NCBI GenBank assembly: GCA_963846575.1
Contig: CAWJWJ010000002.1
Coordinates: 1,792,001-1,856,000 of the forward strand
Source of the DNA: an uncultured Nitrospiraceae bacterium
GTDB lineage: Bacteria > Nitrospirota > Nitrospiria > Nitrospirales > Nitrospiraceae
DNA length: 64,000 nt
Direction: 5' to 3'
A program made the position numbers and the translations under genes. Of this stretch, positions 1 to 11,557 are shown piece after piece (the stretch's first letter is position 1; each line of letters begins with the position of its first letter). A model generated the notes under the pieces. The model made no database searches, was not told where the DNA came from, and saw nothing but the letters and a program-made list of their open reading frames with translations.

Positions 1-415
1 CGGCGCGGCCACGGGACGCCCCGATGCGGCGATGGCGGCGATGACGGTCTATGGCGTCGGCGTATCACTACCGTTCGACCGCCGGCAGGAGTCGGAAGCG
101 GACCAGATCGGACTTCGATTAATGGCGCAGGCGGGGTACGATCCTCGTGAGGCCGTGGCGTTTTGGGAGCGGATGAGCGGCTGTCCGCGGGCGATGATCA
201 GGAAGCTCTGTTTTCGGTCGCAGCAGGCGATCCCGGAATTTCTTTCCACCCATCCTTCCGATGTGACTCGTATCAATCAGATCGAAGCCTGGATGCCGGA
301 GGCGTTGAAGTTCTATCACCCTTCCGGAATGACCCCGGCATTGCCAATCGGTCCCATCCAGCCCTACCGGCCGCCGGTGGGGCCGATGCCTGAGGCGCCG
401 CTGCCGACAGGATAA
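1..415 (+). CDS. M48 family Zn metallopeptidase, C-terminal part (truncated by window edge)
   Basis: ESEADQIG...AGYDP...FWERM...FLSTHP motifs typical of the M48 C-terminus. Confidence 0.85.
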   Translation, partial: GAATGRPDAAMAAMTVYGVGVSLPFDRRQESEADQIGLRLMAQAGYDPREAVAFWERMSGCPRAMIRKLCFRSQQAIPEFLSTHPSDVTRINQIEAWMPEALKFYHPSGMTPALPIGPIQPYRPPVGPMPEAPLPTG

Positions 416-435
416 TTTTTCTCGAGAGGTCAATT

Positions 436-3400
436 GTGCCACGACGGACAGACATCCGCTCCATTCTTCTGATCGGTTCGGGCCCTATCGTCATCGGACA
501 AGCCTGCGAGTTCGACTACTCAGGCACGCAGGCCTGCAAAGCCCTCAAGGAAGAGGGCTACCGCGTCATCTTAATCAACAGCAATCCCGCCACGATTATG
601 ACGGATCCGGATTTTGCCGACCGGACCTATATCGAACCGATTACTCTCGACGTCGTCGAGAAAGTGATCGAGTGCGAACGACCGGATGCGCTCCTGCCGA
701 CCATGGGCGGACAGACCGCTCTGAATACGGCGATCGGATTGGCCAAGCGGGGCGTGCTGGAGAAATACGGCGTCAAACTCATCGGCGCGTCGATCGAAGC
801 CATCCATAAGGCCGAGGATCGGGACGCGTTTCGCCAGGCCATGTGGAAAATCGGCTTGCGGGTGCCCGATAGCGGCGTGGCCACGTCGCTGCTGGAGGCC
901 GAGGAGCAGGTCAAGCGGGTGCAATTTCCCGCTATCGTCAGACCCTCGTTCACGATGGGGGGCACCGGCGGCAATATCGCCTACAACATCGAAGAATTTC
1001 GCGCCCAGGTGGAATGGGGCCTGTCCATGAGTCCCGTCCGACAGGTGCTGATCGAACAGTCGGTCATCGGCTGGAAAGAGTTCGAACTCGAAGTCATGCG
1101 CGACCTGAAAGACAACGTCGTCATCGTGTGTCCGATTGAGAATCTGGACCCGATGGGCGTGCACACCGGCGACAGTATTACCGTCGCTCCCGCTCTCACG
1201 CTGACCGACAAAGAGTATCAGATGATGCGTGACGCGGCCGTCCGCATCATTCGCGAAATCGGCGTCGATACCGGCGGGGCCAACATTCAATTCGGCATGA
1301 ATCCCGTCAACGGCGAGATGGTCGTCATCGAAATGAATCCGCGTGTCTCGCGCAGTTCGGCCCTGGCATCGAAAGCGACGGGATTCCCCATTGCCAAGAT
1401 CGCAGCCAAGCTGGCCGTCGGCTATTCCCTCGACGAAATCACCAATGACATCACCGGGGTGACGAAAGCCTCGTTCGAACCGACGATCGACTACGTCGTC
1501 GTCAAAATCCCCCGATTCGCCTTTCAGAAATTCCGCGGGGCCGATCCCACGCTCACCACTCAAATGAAATCAGTGGGCGAGGTGATGGCGATCGGGCGGA
1601 CGTTCAAGGAAGCGCTGCAGAAGGCGATACGTTCCATGGAAGTGGATCAATTCGGGCTGAGCTCAAAAATGGGCCTGGATTTGGGCGTGCCCGCCACACT
1701 TAATCGGGAAGAGGCGATGGAGCAGGTCCGGAAATTCGTGCGGACCCCGCTTCCGGACCGGCTCTGGCGACTCGCCGACGGCATGCGGCTGGGGATGAGC
1801 AACCAGGAACTGTTCAGCCTCACGAAGATTGATCCGTGGTTTCTGGAGCAGCTTCGAGAACTCCTGGAGTTCGAGCGCCGGCTCGTCGCAGAACGCGGCA
1901 GCATCGGCGCGACGGGTCTCGATCCCGGGCTTTTGCTGGAGGCCAAGACACTGGGATTTTCGGACGAGCGGCTGGCCCAGCTGCTCGGGGTGGAACAGCT
2001 CACCGTCCGCAGTTGGAGACTGACGCTAGGCCAGGGCACCTCCCCACGAGGTGTGACGTATAAACGCGTCGATACCTGCGCGGCTGAGTTCGAAGCCCAT
2101 ACACCGTATCTCTATTCCACGTACGGGCAGGACTGTGAAGCGCGTCCCACGAAACGGAAGAAGGTCGTGATTCTCGGCGGGGGCCCGAACCGAATCGGCC
2201 AGGGAATCGAATTCGACTACTGTTGTGTACATGCGGCAATGGCCCTGCGCGAAGAACAGATCGAAACCATCATGGTGAATTGCAATCCCGAGACGGTCAG
2301 TACGGACTATGACACGTCCGACCGCCTGTATTTCGAACCGTTGACGGAAGAAGACGTGCTGAACATCGTGCAGCGGGAAGAGCCGATGGGCGTGGTGTTG
2401 CAGTTCGGTGGACAGACGCCCTTGAAGCTGGCGCTCTCGTTCTCCCGCGCCGGCGTGACGATTCTCGGCACCAGTCCCGATGCGATCGACCGGGCGGAAG
2501 ATCGGGCGCGGTTCCGCGAGCTGCTCGATAAGCTCGGCCTGCGACAGGCGGAGAGCGGCATGGCTCGTTCCGTGGAGGAAGCGAGGACGATCGCGGGGAC
2601 CATTACGTATCCGGTGATGGTGCGGCCCTCCTATGTGCTGGGCGGACGTTCGATGCAAATCGTGTATGACGAGACCGGGCTGTTGGCCTATATGAACACG
2701 GCGGTCAAGCCTACGGACAAACATCCGCTGCTAATCGACAGGTATTTGCGCGATGCGATCGAAATCGATGCCGACGCCATTTCCGACGGCACCACCGTCG
2801 TGGTGGCCGGCATCATGGAGCACATTGAGGAAGCGGGTGTCCACTCGGGGGATTCGGCCTGCTCCCTTCCTCCCTATACCCTGGATCCTTCGACCATCGA
2901 AGAGATCCGGAGACAAATGACCGCGTTGGCACTGGAACTCGGGGTCATCGGCCTCATGAACGCCCAGTTTGCCGTGAAGGATCAGACCATCTATGTGCTC
3001 GAGGTCAATCCCCGGGGTTCGCGGACCGTACCCTTTGTCAGTAAGGCCATCGGAGTTCCCCTGGCAAAACTGGCGATGAAGGTCATGGTCGGGAAATCAC
3101 TCCAACAATTGAACTTCACCACCGCGCCGTCCCCCGCGCACCTTTCCGTGAAGGAAGCGGTTTTCCCATTTACAAAATTCGCCGGGGTGGATGTCCTCCT
3201 GGGTCCTGAGATGAAATCAACCGGGGAGGTGATGGGAATCGACAGCGATTTCGCCTGGGCGTTCGTCAAGGCTCAGGCGGGGGCCGGCGCCATCCTTCCC
3301 ACCTCTGGTACCGCCTTCATCAGCGTGAAGAGCGAAGACCGTGCAGGAGCCTATGATGTCGCGCGTCGGCTCGCTACACTCGGCTTCCGCATCACAGCCA

Positions 3401-3705
3401 CTTCCGGAACCGCGCTGCATTTGAGCGAGCAGGGACTCTGCGTGGATGTCGTGAATAAGGTGCAGGAAGGACGCCCGCACATCGTCGACCATATTAAAAA
3501 TGGCGACGTGGCCCTGGTCGTCAATACTGTGCGGACCGCCTCGGCCCAGACAGACTCACTCTCCATACGACGCGAAGCGTTGCATAAAGGTGTCCCCTAT
3601 TACACGACGATGCGCGGGGCGCTGGCGGCCGTGATGGGGATAGAAGCCTTGCTCAAAAAGGGGCTTGCCATTCGAGCTCTGCAGGAGTATCACCGAGGGA
3701 ACTGA
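436..3705 (+). CDS. carB: Carbamoyl-phosphate synthase large subunit
   Basis: 1089 aa; [17 protein letters not shown], duplicated ATP-grasp domains, MGS-like C-terminus. Confidence 0.99.
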   Translation: MPRRTDIRSILLIGSGPIVIGQACEFDYSGTQACKALKEEGYRVILINSNPATIMTDPDFADRTYIEPITLDVVEKVIECERPDALLPTMGGQTALNTAIGLAKRGVLEKYGVKLIGASIEAIHKAEDRDAFRQAMWKIGLRVPDSGVATSLLEAEEQVKRVQFPAIVRPSFTMGGTGGNIAYNIEEFRAQVEWGLSMSPVRQVLIEQSVIGWKEFELEVMRDLKDNVVIVCPIENLDPMGVHTGDSITVAPALTLTDKEYQMMRDAAVRIIREIGVDTGGANIQFGMNPVNGEMVVIEMNPRVSRSSALASKATGFPIAKIAAKLAVGYSLDEITNDITGVTKASFEPTIDYVVVKIPRFAFQKFRGADPTLTTQMKSVGEVMAIGRTFKEALQKAIRSMEVDQFGLSSKMGLDLGVPATLNREEAMEQVRKFVRTPLPDRLWRLADGMRLGMSNQELFSLTKIDPWFLEQLRELLEFERRLVAERGSIGATGLDPGLLLEAKTLGFSDERLAQLLGVEQLTVRSWRLTLGQGTSPRGVTYKRVDTCAAEFEAHTPYLYSTYGQDCEARPTKRKKVVILGGGPNRIGQGIEFDYCCVHAAMALREEQIETIMVNCNPETVSTDYDTSDRLYFEPLTEEDVLNIVQREEPMGVVLQFGGQTPLKLALSFSRAGVTILGTSPDAIDRAEDRARFRELLDKLGLRQAESGMARSVEEARTIAGTITYPVMVRPSYVLGGRSMQIVYDETGLLAYMNTAVKPTDKHPLLIDRYLRDAIEIDADAISDGTTVVVAGIMEHIEEAGVHSGDSACSLPPYTLDPSTIEEIRRQMTALALELGVIGLMNAQFAVKDQTIYVLEVNPRGSRTVPFVSKAIGVPLAKLAMKVMVGKSLQQLNFTTAPSPAHLSVKEAVFPFTKFAGVDVLLGPEMKSTGEVMGIDSDFAWAFVKAQAGAGAILPTSGTAFISVKSEDRAGAYDVARRLATLGFRITATSGTALHLSEQGLCVDVVNKVQEGRPHIVDHIKNGDVALVVNTVRTASAQTDSLSIRREALHKGVPYYTTMRGALAAVMGIEALLKKGLAIRALQEYHRGN

Positions 3706-3847
3706 TTCAGGATCCGGTCCATCAGGCACTCGACAAGACCTTCCAGCAGGAGTCGGAAGCGGTTCGTGGCTCCGCCAGCGGTGGCCGCTCAGGCACGCAG
3801 AGGCGCCCTGCCGGAAGTCGAGCTTTACGATCATGTGGAGGGGAGGC

Positions 3848-4324
3848 ATGCCGACACCGATCACGCGAAAGGGGTATGAGGCGCTCAAAGCGGAGTTGGA
3901 TCGATTGCATAAAATCGAGCGCCCACGGGTCATTGAGGCCATCGCAGAAGCCCGCGCGCATGGCGATCTGAGCGAGAATGCCGAATACGATGCAGCCAAA
4001 GAGCGTCAGGGCTTCATCGAAGCTCGGTTGGCCGAGCTCAAAGGAAAACTGGCCGATGCGCGCATCATCGACACCGCCGGACGGGTCAGCGAGACCGTGG
4101 TCTTCGGTGCAACCGTGGTCCTGATCGAGCAGGAAGCACAAGAGAAAAAACAATATACCCTCGTGGGCCAGGATGAGGCAGATCTGAAATTCTCCCGCAT
4201 CTCCGTCCAATCTCCCGTCGGCCGGGCGCTCATCGGAAAGCGGGTCGGTGATCTGGTGGCAGTAACCACGCCGGCTAAAGTGGTCGAGTACGAAGTGATG
4301 GAAATCCGTTTTGATGAACTTTAG
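3848..4324 (+). CDS. greA: Transcription elongation factor GreA
   Basis: HGDLSENAEY motif, SPVGRALIG; GGAGG RBS before ATG 3848. Confidence 0.97.
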   Translation: MPTPITRKGYEALKAELDRLHKIERPRVIEAIAEARAHGDLSENAEYDAAKERQGFIEARLAELKGKLADARIIDTAGRVSETVVFGATVVLIEQEAQEKKQYTLVGQDEADLKFSRISVQSPVGRALIGKRVGDLVAVTTPAKVVEYEVMEIRFDEL

Positions 4325-4401
4325 CCACCGTCTCAGCGTTCTCCGTCACGGCCCTCCCATCGCAACTGGTGGCCTCTTATCCCTCCGGGCGTGAGATTCT
4401 C

Positions 4402-5202
4402 ATGCCGTCAGCCATTCCCCTCATCACCCTCTTGACGGATTTCGGCGACCGGGACTATTTCGTGGCGAGCATGAAAGGCGTCATGCTCAACATCAATCCC
4501 CAGGCCCGCATCGTCGACCTTTCGCACCACGTTACGGCACACGATGTGGCGGATGCGGCCTACCTGTTGAAATGCTGTTACAGATATTTCCCCGACGGCA
4601 CGATCCATGTGGCGGTTGTCGACCCCGGTGTGGGCAGCCATCGACGCCCGCTCTTAGTCTCCTCGTCCCGCTACTTTTTCATCGGACCGGATAACGGACT
4701 CTTCACCCATGTCTACCAGGAAGAGACCGGCGTGGAAGTACGGCAGATCGAAAACCGCCAATATCGGCTCGATGCCGAGGGCGTGACATTCGACGGGCGC
4801 GACCTCTTCGCTCCCGCCGCCGCCTGGCTGACGAAAGGTCAACCCATCGGGTCTTTCGGGCGCCTCGTACCGAACTACGAGCGTCTCTCGATCGCCGAGC
4901 CAGCCTGGGACAAACATGCACTGGCGGGACAGATCGTCTACATCGATCGTTTCGGCAACTTGATTTCGAACCTCACCAACTACCACCTCAAAGAAGTCCG
5001 GGGTCTGACGAAACGAGCGGAGCCGTACATCCGTATCGGCGGACTCACCATCGACGGAATGGTGCGGAGTTATGCCGAGGGAGAAACCGCTCAGCCGAAG
5101 GCGCTGATCAACAGCAACGGCTACCTGGAAGTCTTCCTGAAGGAAGGGCGAGCCTGCGACCATTTGAAGACTCCGCGTGGAACAAGGATCGAGCTCTGCT
5201 GA
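4402..5202 (+). CDS. SAM hydroxide adenosyltransferase (DUF62 / chlorinase-fluorinase family)
   Basis: ITLLTDFG, VVDPGVG, GPDNG, TFDGRDLFAP, YIDRFGN, INSNGYLE motifs. Confidence 0.92.
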   Translation: MPSAIPLITLLTDFGDRDYFVASMKGVMLNINPQARIVDLSHHVTAHDVADAAYLLKCCYRYFPDGTIHVAVVDPGVGSHRRPLLVSSSRYFFIGPDNGLFTHVYQEETGVEVRQIENRQYRLDAEGVTFDGRDLFAPAAAWLTKGQPIGSFGRLVPNYERLSIAEPAWDKHALAGQIVYIDRFGNLISNLTNYHLKEVRGLTKRAEPYIRIGGLTIDGMVRSYAEGETAQPKALINSNGYLEVFLKEGRACDHLKTPRGTRIELC

Positions 5203-5269
5203 GCCCACGCAGGCGAATACCCCGGCGCACCATCGCAGACGTTTCCTTGCCCGCCCAAGCGCACTGCAA

Positions 5270-5315
5270 TTGACAGGCTCAAGATGTCGATGTTTTAATG
5301 ACAATGGTGTCATTA
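5270..5315 (+). promoter_or_regulatory. Putative sigma70 promoter with palindromic operator overlapping the -10
   Basis: TTGACA (5270-5275), 18-bp spacer, TTTAAT (5294-5299); TAATGACA-ATGG-TGTCATTA at 5296-5315. Confidence 0.55.
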
Positions 5316-5654
5316 TCGGGACACAGCACCCCGTGCTGCATACCATGATCCTATACGTGCATTGCTACCCGCGATTCGATCCTGTCACGATAGTTCCCGT
5401 TGCCCTCGTCATTTGCCTCCTGCTCCCTCGAGCCGGCACCACGGCTAGCCGGGAGTCACCGCTCCTGGTTTCTCAGCAAGACTACCCGGACCGCGAAGCA
5501 GGCCAGGGGCATCAGCCTCGCTCATTGCGATCCGTCGGCCCATGAGCGGGTCAGCCCAAAGAGCCAGTTCGGAAACGTACCCGAACCGGCGGATTTCTCG
5601 GGACTTCACTTCGGATGCGCCCGGACCGATATGACAAGTGAGAAATGGAAGGTT

Positions 5655-6653
5655 ATGAAGCTACCCCTGCATCGGCGGTCAGCAATCCTCCTGGGGCTAG
5701 GGCTCGCGGCCTGTACAGGCACTGAACCGCCGGCAGCCTCAATCGCCACCGTTCCGCCAGCGGTGACGGCGAAACATCAGGCGGAGGTTCGCACAACCCT
5801 CGTCGAAGCACCGGTGCCCCCTCCCGATCTGACCTTGTCGGCTCGAATCACCTATTCGGAAGACGGGTTCTCGAAGATTTCTTCACCTCTCCAGGGACCG
5901 GTGCTGGATGTCCGCGTAAAACTCGGCCAGGCCGTCAAGGCCGGCGATGTCCTGATGCTCATGGATGCGGCCGACATCGCCACTGCCTATGCTGCGTACG
6001 TCGCTGAAATTTCCGAACTAGGGTTAGCCGAACGCAATTACGAACTGACTAAGGATCTGTATGAGGCGCAGGCCATGTCTCTTAAAGATCTTGAGCATGC
6101 GCAAAACGACCTGAACCGGGAGCGGGCCGAGTTCAATCAGGCCAAAGGACGGCTGTTGTCACTTCGCGTGCCCCCCGCCGAACTCAGTAAGCCGTTGGCG
6201 CAACAACAGATCACCTCGCGGTTCGAATTACGTAGCCCGCTGACCGGCACGGTCGTGGAACGGAATGTGACCCCCGGACAAATCGTCGGACCGGCCTTGG
6301 ACGCCCCTCTCTTTACCGTGGCGAATCTGGAGCGGCTCCAGGTCGTCGCCGACGTCTATGAGCATGATCTGTCTGGTATTCAGGTGGGAGCGGTTGCGCG
6401 GATGACGGTCGAGGCCTATCCGGGACTTGAATTTCCCGCCACAATCGCGGTTATCGGAGATGTGGTGGATCCGGCCACACGCACCATAAAAATTCGCGCT
6501 ACGGTCTCAAATGAGGATCGGCGGCTGAAGCCGGGCATGTTCGCGCGCTTGATCGTCGAAGGGCACGCCACGTCCCCGAAAATCGTCACCCCCTCGACCA
6601 GTGATCGTGAGGGAGTGCGGCAACGGCACCGCCTGGACCCTGTCGGGGCTTGA
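5655..6653 (+). CDS. Efflux RND periplasmic adaptor (CzcB-like membrane fusion lipoprotein); start uncertain
   Basis: Lipobox LAAC, VKLGQAVKAGD, LRSPLTGTV, VDPATRTIKIR, LKPGMF. Confidence 0.85.
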   Translation: MKLPLHRRSAILLGLGLAACTGTEPPAASIATVPPAVTAKHQAEVRTTLVEAPVPPPDLTLSARITYSEDGFSKISSPLQGPVLDVRVKLGQAVKAGDVLMLMDAADIATAYAAYVAEISELGLAERNYELTKDLYEAQAMSLKDLEHAQNDLNRERAEFNQAKGRLLSLRVPPAELSKPLAQQQITSRFELRSPLTGTVVERNVTPGQIVGPALDAPLFTVANLERLQVVADVYEHDLSGIQVGAVARMTVEAYPGLEFPATIAVIGDVVDPATRTIKIRATVSNEDRRLKPGMFARLIVEGHATSPKIVTPSTSDREGVRQRHRLDPVGA

Positions 6654-6821
6654 ACAGACCATCAAGGAGACCTGGGTCGCTCTCGACGCTTGAGCCGGCA
6701 CTGACCTGACGAGGCTAGAAGGCCTCACAGCCCACACCTCTTCCTCCCCGCACATTTGGCCGTCACGTGCTCTTCGCTGACAATCCGTCCCCGGGGGTAT
6801 GCCGGTCTGTCCAGGCGGGTC

Positions 6822-8048
6822 TCATAACGCGGCAACCAGAATCCGTACGAGTCCGGAGAGATCTTCGCTATCCACACCGGCCACCGTTCGGTAGGTCGTA
6901 TTGTTGTAGGCCGCTTCGATCGAAATCGTGGTGGGATGCCCGTAGATAGGATCGAGATGGAAGGCGAACATTCCTCGGCCCACCACACTTTCCGTCCCGA
7001 TCAGTCCGTCGCTGGACGTCGTGCTGGTATACCCTCCCATCGCACTGACCAACAATCGCCGGCTTTGTTTGTATTGCAATGACAGAGATGCCATCGGTGT
7101 GTGAATCTTTGCACCGGACCAACCTTGAGTCTCGGTCCGGTAGCTGAGCGTCGGCGCGATGGCCAGAGTATTGATGGGGCGAAAGATCCCTGTGAATGTC
7201 TGGGACAACGCGCTGGTTTCAGCGCCATTTCTGATTTCGTCATTGGTCAAGATGAGACTCGAAGCCAAGCGTGCGTTCCAGGTGAGGCCGGCATACGCGA
7301 TGGCCGCTTCCATACTGTTGCTATGACTTCGTTGCGGCGCCGTGCCCGCCGGATCGAAGCTGCTGGTTAAGGTACTGCGGGAGTAGGTCAGACTGAATTC
7401 GGGCCAGGCCGGCTTGCCCAACGAAATCCCGACACGATTGAAGTGTTGCTCGATACGCGAACGGGTAGGCTCCAGATCTACGTTGTTCCAGGTCTGCCCG
7501 GAGGAGCTTCTGAGCTTGACAAGACCGAACCCCCACTCACCCCACATTTCACGCACCGTTTGATCCGGTGAATTGAAAAAAGCTTTTCCCGCCGACCGAT
7601 AATTAATCCCGTATCGGAAGGGACCGTTCGTTCCTGCCAGCGCCATCCTCACCATTCGCTTCGAGCCATCATCACGTTGGTCGATACGTGAGGCCATACC
7701 CGCATCATTTGTCGCGTTGTTGGCGACTTCTCCCTCCGCTCTCAGCTGGCCCTTGAGCCAAGTGGAGGCAGCACCGATCCCCTTCGTCTGGGGTCGATCC
7801 GAATCAGGAACGAGATCCTTCAGCCTGGTCGAGGTCGTGGGAGGGGTGAAGGAGGTCGCTTGAAATGAGGTATGCAGCACGGGAGTCGCTATGGAAAACG
7901 GAATAGCCGAGGGACCGGATTCGCGGGCGGCGTCGGTGAACTGAATGCGCTGGAGGAGGAGATCCGAGGGTTGCGTGTCGTCCGCCAGAACCGCCGGCGG
8001 TAGGGCCAGCAGGGCGAGAAAGCCCCAAATCATCCGACTGATCGTCAT
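6822..8048 (-). CDS. Exported hypothetical protein, possibly an outer-membrane beta-barrel
   Basis: 408 aa; signal peptide; Ser/Thr/Gly/aromatic-rich alternating strand-like segments. Confidence 0.65.
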   Translation of the reverse strand: MTISRMIWGFLALLALPPAVLADDTQPSDLLLQRIQFTDAARESGPSAIPFSIATPVLHTSFQATSFTPPTTSTRLKDLVPDSDRPQTKGIGAASTWLKGQLRAEGEVANNATNDAGMASRIDQRDDGSKRMVRMALAGTNGPFRYGINYRSAGKAFFNSPDQTVREMWGEWGFGLVKLRSSSGQTWNNVDLEPTRSRIEQHFNRVGISLGKPAWPEFSLTYSRSTLTSSFDPAGTAPQRSHSNSMEAAIAYAGLTWNARLASSLILTNDEIRNGAETSALSQTFTGIFRPINTLAIAPTLSYRTETQGWSGAKIHTPMASLSLQYKQSRRLLVSAMGGYTSTTSSDGLIGTESVVGRGMFAFHLDPIYGHPTTISIEAAYNNTTYRTVAGVDSEDLSGLVRILVAAL

Positions 8049-8222
8049 GCGGTAAGACCCGCCGGCGGGATGTCGTGGAGTAGCATAAAATCAAGTGTAG
8101 CACTCGATTTTTAGCGTCTCGGGCACCGGGGAACGTGCACAAAATCGACCGTAGACTGTTCGGTGGCGAACACCCGAGAGGTTGTCCGGCGAGATGCGAA
8201 TCGGCGGCAATGGCGGGGAGTT

Positions 8223-9605
8223 TTAGGACGAGACGTGTCGGGATTCGGTGGTCTCAACGATGGCGCGGTGCAAAATTGCAACCATCTTCGTTAACTCTCG
8301 AGGTCGGATGGAGAGGGGCGGTACCAGCGCAAGCACATTGCCGAGGGGTCTGAGAAGAAGACCCTGTGCCCGGGAGGCGCGGGCGACGAGATGGCCAATC
8401 CGTTGTTCCATGGGATAGGGTGTGCGCGTCTTGCGATCCTGCACCAGTTCGATTCCGACCATGAAGCCGCATTGACGGATATCGCCCACATGGTCCAGCG
8501 CGGCCAAGGGACCTAGCAGGCGAGCGAGCAGCTTGGCCTGCTGCCGAACCCGGACAAGCGTCTTCTCGCGTCGAAAGACTTCGAGGTTGGCCAGAGCCAC
8601 CGCACAGCCCAACGGATTTCCCGTGTAACTGTGTCCATGAAAGAAGGTCTTCCACTCTTCGTAGCCGCCCAAGAAGGCGCGATAGATGTCCTCGGTGGTC
8701 AAGGTGGCCGCCAACGGCATGTAGCCGCCGGTCAACCCCTTGCTGATAGCCATGAGATCCGGGGTGACTCCTTCGTGGAGGCAGGCGAACATTTTTCCCG
8801 TGCGGCCGAAACCGGTCGCCACTTCATCCGCAATTAACAACACATCGTATTTGGTGCAAAGGTCCCGGACCCGCGTGAGGTATCCTGGCGGTGCAGTCAC
8901 CATCCCCGCGGCCGCTTGAACCAAGGGTTCCAGAATCACGCCGGCCAATTCGCGATGGCGCGTTCGTAACATCGTTTCGAGCGGGTCGATGCAGCTCATG
9001 TGGCACGAGGGGTAGGTGAGGCCAAGCGGACAACGGTAACAGTATGGCGGATCTACCTGAAGCGTGGGAAATAAGAGCGCTTTGAATCGCGCATGGAAGA
9101 GCTCAATGTTTCCGACACTGACGGCACCGACGGTGTCTCCATGGTAGGCCAGTTTCAAATGCAGGAAAGAGTCTTTCGGCCCGAGCTGCGGACGTCGCTG
9201 CTGCCAGTATTGCACAGCCATCTTCAGGGCGATCTCAACCGCGGTCGAACCATTATCCGAATAGAACACACGCCGAAGCCCTTTGGGAGCGAGACGCACG
9301 AGTTCGCGAGCCAATTTGATGGAGGGCGGATTGGAGAGGCCGAGCAGCGTGGAATGGGCAATGTCTCCAAGCTGCGCCACCAGCGCACGATCCAGTCTCG
9401 GATGCCGGTGACCGTGCAGATTGACCCAGATGGAAGACGTCCCGTCGAGATACTTCCGCCCTTCCGTATCGAAGAGGTAGACGCCTTTGCCCTTCTCGAT
9501 GATCACGGGGGGATCCTGCTCCCACTCCAGCATCTGGGTGAAGGGATGCCAGAGGTACGCGTGGTCCCACGCGGCGAGTCGAGTAGTCTTGGAAGGCATG
9601 GTCAT
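8223..9605 (-). CDS. bioA: Adenosylmethionine-8-amino-7-oxononanoate aminotransferase
   Basis: LWHPFTQM, NGSTAVEIALK, YHGDT, DEVATGFGRTG, KGLTGGYMPL, HGHSYTGNP. Confidence 0.97.
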   Translation of the reverse strand: MTMPSKTTRLAAWDHAYLWHPFTQMLEWEQDPPVIIEKGKGVYLFDTEGRKYLDGTSSIWVNLHGHRHPRLDRALVAQLGDIAHSTLLGLSNPPSIKLARELVRLAPKGLRRVFYSDNGSTAVEIALKMAVQYWQQRRPQLGPKDSFLHLKLAYHGDTVGAVSVGNIELFHARFKALLFPTLQVDPPYCYRCPLGLTYPSCHMSCIDPLETMLRTRHRELAGVILEPLVQAAAGMVTAPPGYLTRVRDLCTKYDVLLIADEVATGFGRTGKMFACLHEGVTPDLMAISKGLTGGYMPLAATLTTEDIYRAFLGGYEEWKTFFHGHSYTGNPLGCAVALANLEVFRREKTLVRVRQQAKLLARLLGPLAALDHVGDIRQCGFMVGIELVQDRKTRTPYPMEQRIGHLVARASRAQGLLLRPLGNVLALVPPLSIRPRELTKMVAILHRAIVETTESRHVSS

Positions 9606-9676
9606 GAGTGGACGCACACAGAATTTATCGTGCGGCAGGGATTTGCCACGGGCGCGAAACGCCGCGTCGCGCGGGG

Positions 9677-9727
9677 ATTATACCGGCGGGCGATTTCTTT
9701 GACAACCTTGGAGGCGGCCACTATAAT
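9677..9727. promoter_or_regulatory. Back-to-back sigma70 promoters for lepA (+) and bioA (-)
   Basis: + strand: TTGACA 9699-9704, 17 bp, TATAAT 9722-9727. - strand: TTGTCA 9705-9700, 17 bp, TATAAT 9682-9677. Confidence 0.85.
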
Positions 9728-9745
9728 GAACCGATTTTTGGGGAC

Positions 9746-11557
9746 ATGAGCCAGGATTTGCAAAGTCTCATCCGAAATTTCTCGATCATCGCCCATATCG
9801 ATCACGGTAAATCGACCCTCGCTGACCGGCTCCTAGACGCGACTGGCGCAGTCACTGCCAGAGAAGCAAAAGAGCAGATCCTTGATGCGATGGACCTTGA
9901 GCGTGAGCGTGGTATCACGATTAAAGCTCACGCGGTGGCCATCCGCTACAAGGCTCAGGACGGGAAGACGTATTTGCTGCACCTGATCGATACGCCCGGC
10001 CACGTCGACTTCACGTATGAAGTGTCGCGGAGCCTGGCCGCGTGCGAAGGCTCGCTGCTGCTCGTTGATGCCACGCAAGGCGTCCAGGCCCAGACCATTG
10101 CCAACGTCAATTTGGCGATGGGGAATCACCACACTATCATTCCCGTCATCAACAAGATCGACCTTGCCAGCGCCGACGTTGAAGGCACGAAACAGCAAAT
10201 ATCCGAAGTGCTCACGCTGGATGCCAGCGATGCCATGTTGGTCAGCGCCAAGGAAGGCCGCGGAGTGCCGGAAGTGCTCGAGGCGATCGTCACGCGCATT
10301 CCACCGCCATCGGGTGATCCGACTCGTCCGCTCAAGGCGTTGATCTTCGATTCCTGGTTCGATAACTACCAGGGCGTGATCGTGTTGACGCGCATCGTTG
10401 ACGGATCCGTGCGGCCGGGGATGAAAATCAAGGTGATGTCCAACGACCGCCTCTTCGAAGTCACGGAAGTCGGACAATTCACTCCGAAGCGGACCAAGGG
10501 CACACAGCTGATGACCGGAGAGGTCGGGTATCTCTGTGCCAACATGAAGGAAGTCGCGGACGTGAAAATCGGAGACACCCTGACCGACGCGGCTAAACCA
10601 ACGGATCAGGCGTTTCCCGGATATAAAGAAGTGAAGCCGCTGGTATTTTGCGGCCTCTATTCGACCGACACGGCACGTTACGAGGATCTCCGGGATGCCT
10701 TGCTGAAGCTGCGGCTGAATGATTCGTCTTTTGTCTATGAACCGGAAACGTCCCTGGCGCTGGGGTTCGGATTCCGCTGCGGCTTCCTGGGTCTGTTGCA
10801 TATGGAGATCATCCAGGAACGACTGGAACGGGAATACCAGCTGACCCTCATCACGACGGCTCCGACCGTCATCTACCGCGTGCTCACCACAAAGGGGGAT
10901 GTGCTGGAGGTCAACAATCCAGCTGATTTGCCGGAGCCCAGCGCGATTGCCTCGTTTGAAGAACCGTTCATTTTAGCCACGCTCATTTCGCCGGAGCGAT
11001 ACCTCGGGACCCTCCTGCAATTGTGCCAGGAACGTCGCGGCATCCAACGCAGCATTCACTATTTGGACCCCACGCGCGTCATGATCAGCTATGAGCTCCC
11101 GCTCAATGAAGTCATCCTCGACTTTTACGACAAACTCAAGTCCAAGACGCAGGGCTATGCCTCGCTGGATTACGAACTGCTCGGATACCGCGAGTCCGAC
11201 CTGGTGCGTCTCGATATCCTGCTCAACGGAGAGCCGGTCGATGCGTTGTCGTTCATCACGCACAAAGAACGCTCCTACCAGCGAGGCCGCCAGGTGGCTG
11301 AAAAAATGAAGGAGCTGATCCCTAAGCAGATGTTTGAAATCGCCATTCAAGCCGCCATCGGGAATAAGATCGTGGCGCGCGAAACCATTGGCGCGATCAA
11401 GAAAAATGTGACCGCTAAGTGTTACGGCGGAGACATTTCCCGTAAACGGAAGCTCTGGGACAAGCAGAAGGAAGGCAAAAAACGCATGAAAGCGGTCGGG
11501 AGAGTGGAAGTGCCGCAAGAGGCGTTTCTGGCCATCCTCAAGGTGGGCGAGGAATGA
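9746..11557 (+). CDS. lepA: Elongation factor 4 LepA
   Basis: [44 protein letters not shown]. Confidence 0.99.
   Translation: MSQDLQSLIRNFSIIAHIDHGKSTLADRLLDATGAVTAREAKEQILDAMDLERERGITIKAHAVAIRYKAQDGKTYLLHLIDTPGHVDFTYEVSRSLAACEGSLLLVDATQGVQAQTIANVNLAMGNHHTIIPVINKIDLASADVEGTKQQISEVLTLDASDAMLVSAKEGRGVPEVLEAIVTRIPPPSGDPTRPLKALIFDSWFDNYQGVIVLTRIVDGSVRPGMKIKVMSNDRLFEVTEVGQFTPKRTKGTQLMTGEVGYLCANMKEVADVKIGDTLTDAAKPTDQAFPGYKEVKPLVFCGLYSTDTARYEDLRDALLKLRLNDSSFVYEPETSLALGFGFRCGFLGLLHMEIIQERLEREYQLTLITTAPTVIYRVLTTKGDVLEVNNPADLPEPSAIASFEEPFILATLISPERYLGTLLQLCQERRGIQRSIHYLDPTRVMISYELPLNEVILDFYDKLKSKTQGYASLDYELLGYRESDLVRLDILLNGEPVDALSFITHKERSYQRGRQVAEKMKELIPKQMFEIAIQAAIGNKIVARETIGAIKKNVTAKCYGGDISRKRKLWDKQKEGKKRMKAVGRVEVPQEAFLAILKVGEE

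Noticed and set aside
571..3492. Long antisense ORFs opposite carB (and likewise opposite lepA, pyrG, purH and the coiled-coil gene)
   Set aside because: These are shadow frames expected from GC-rich codon bias; they have no motifs or RBS.
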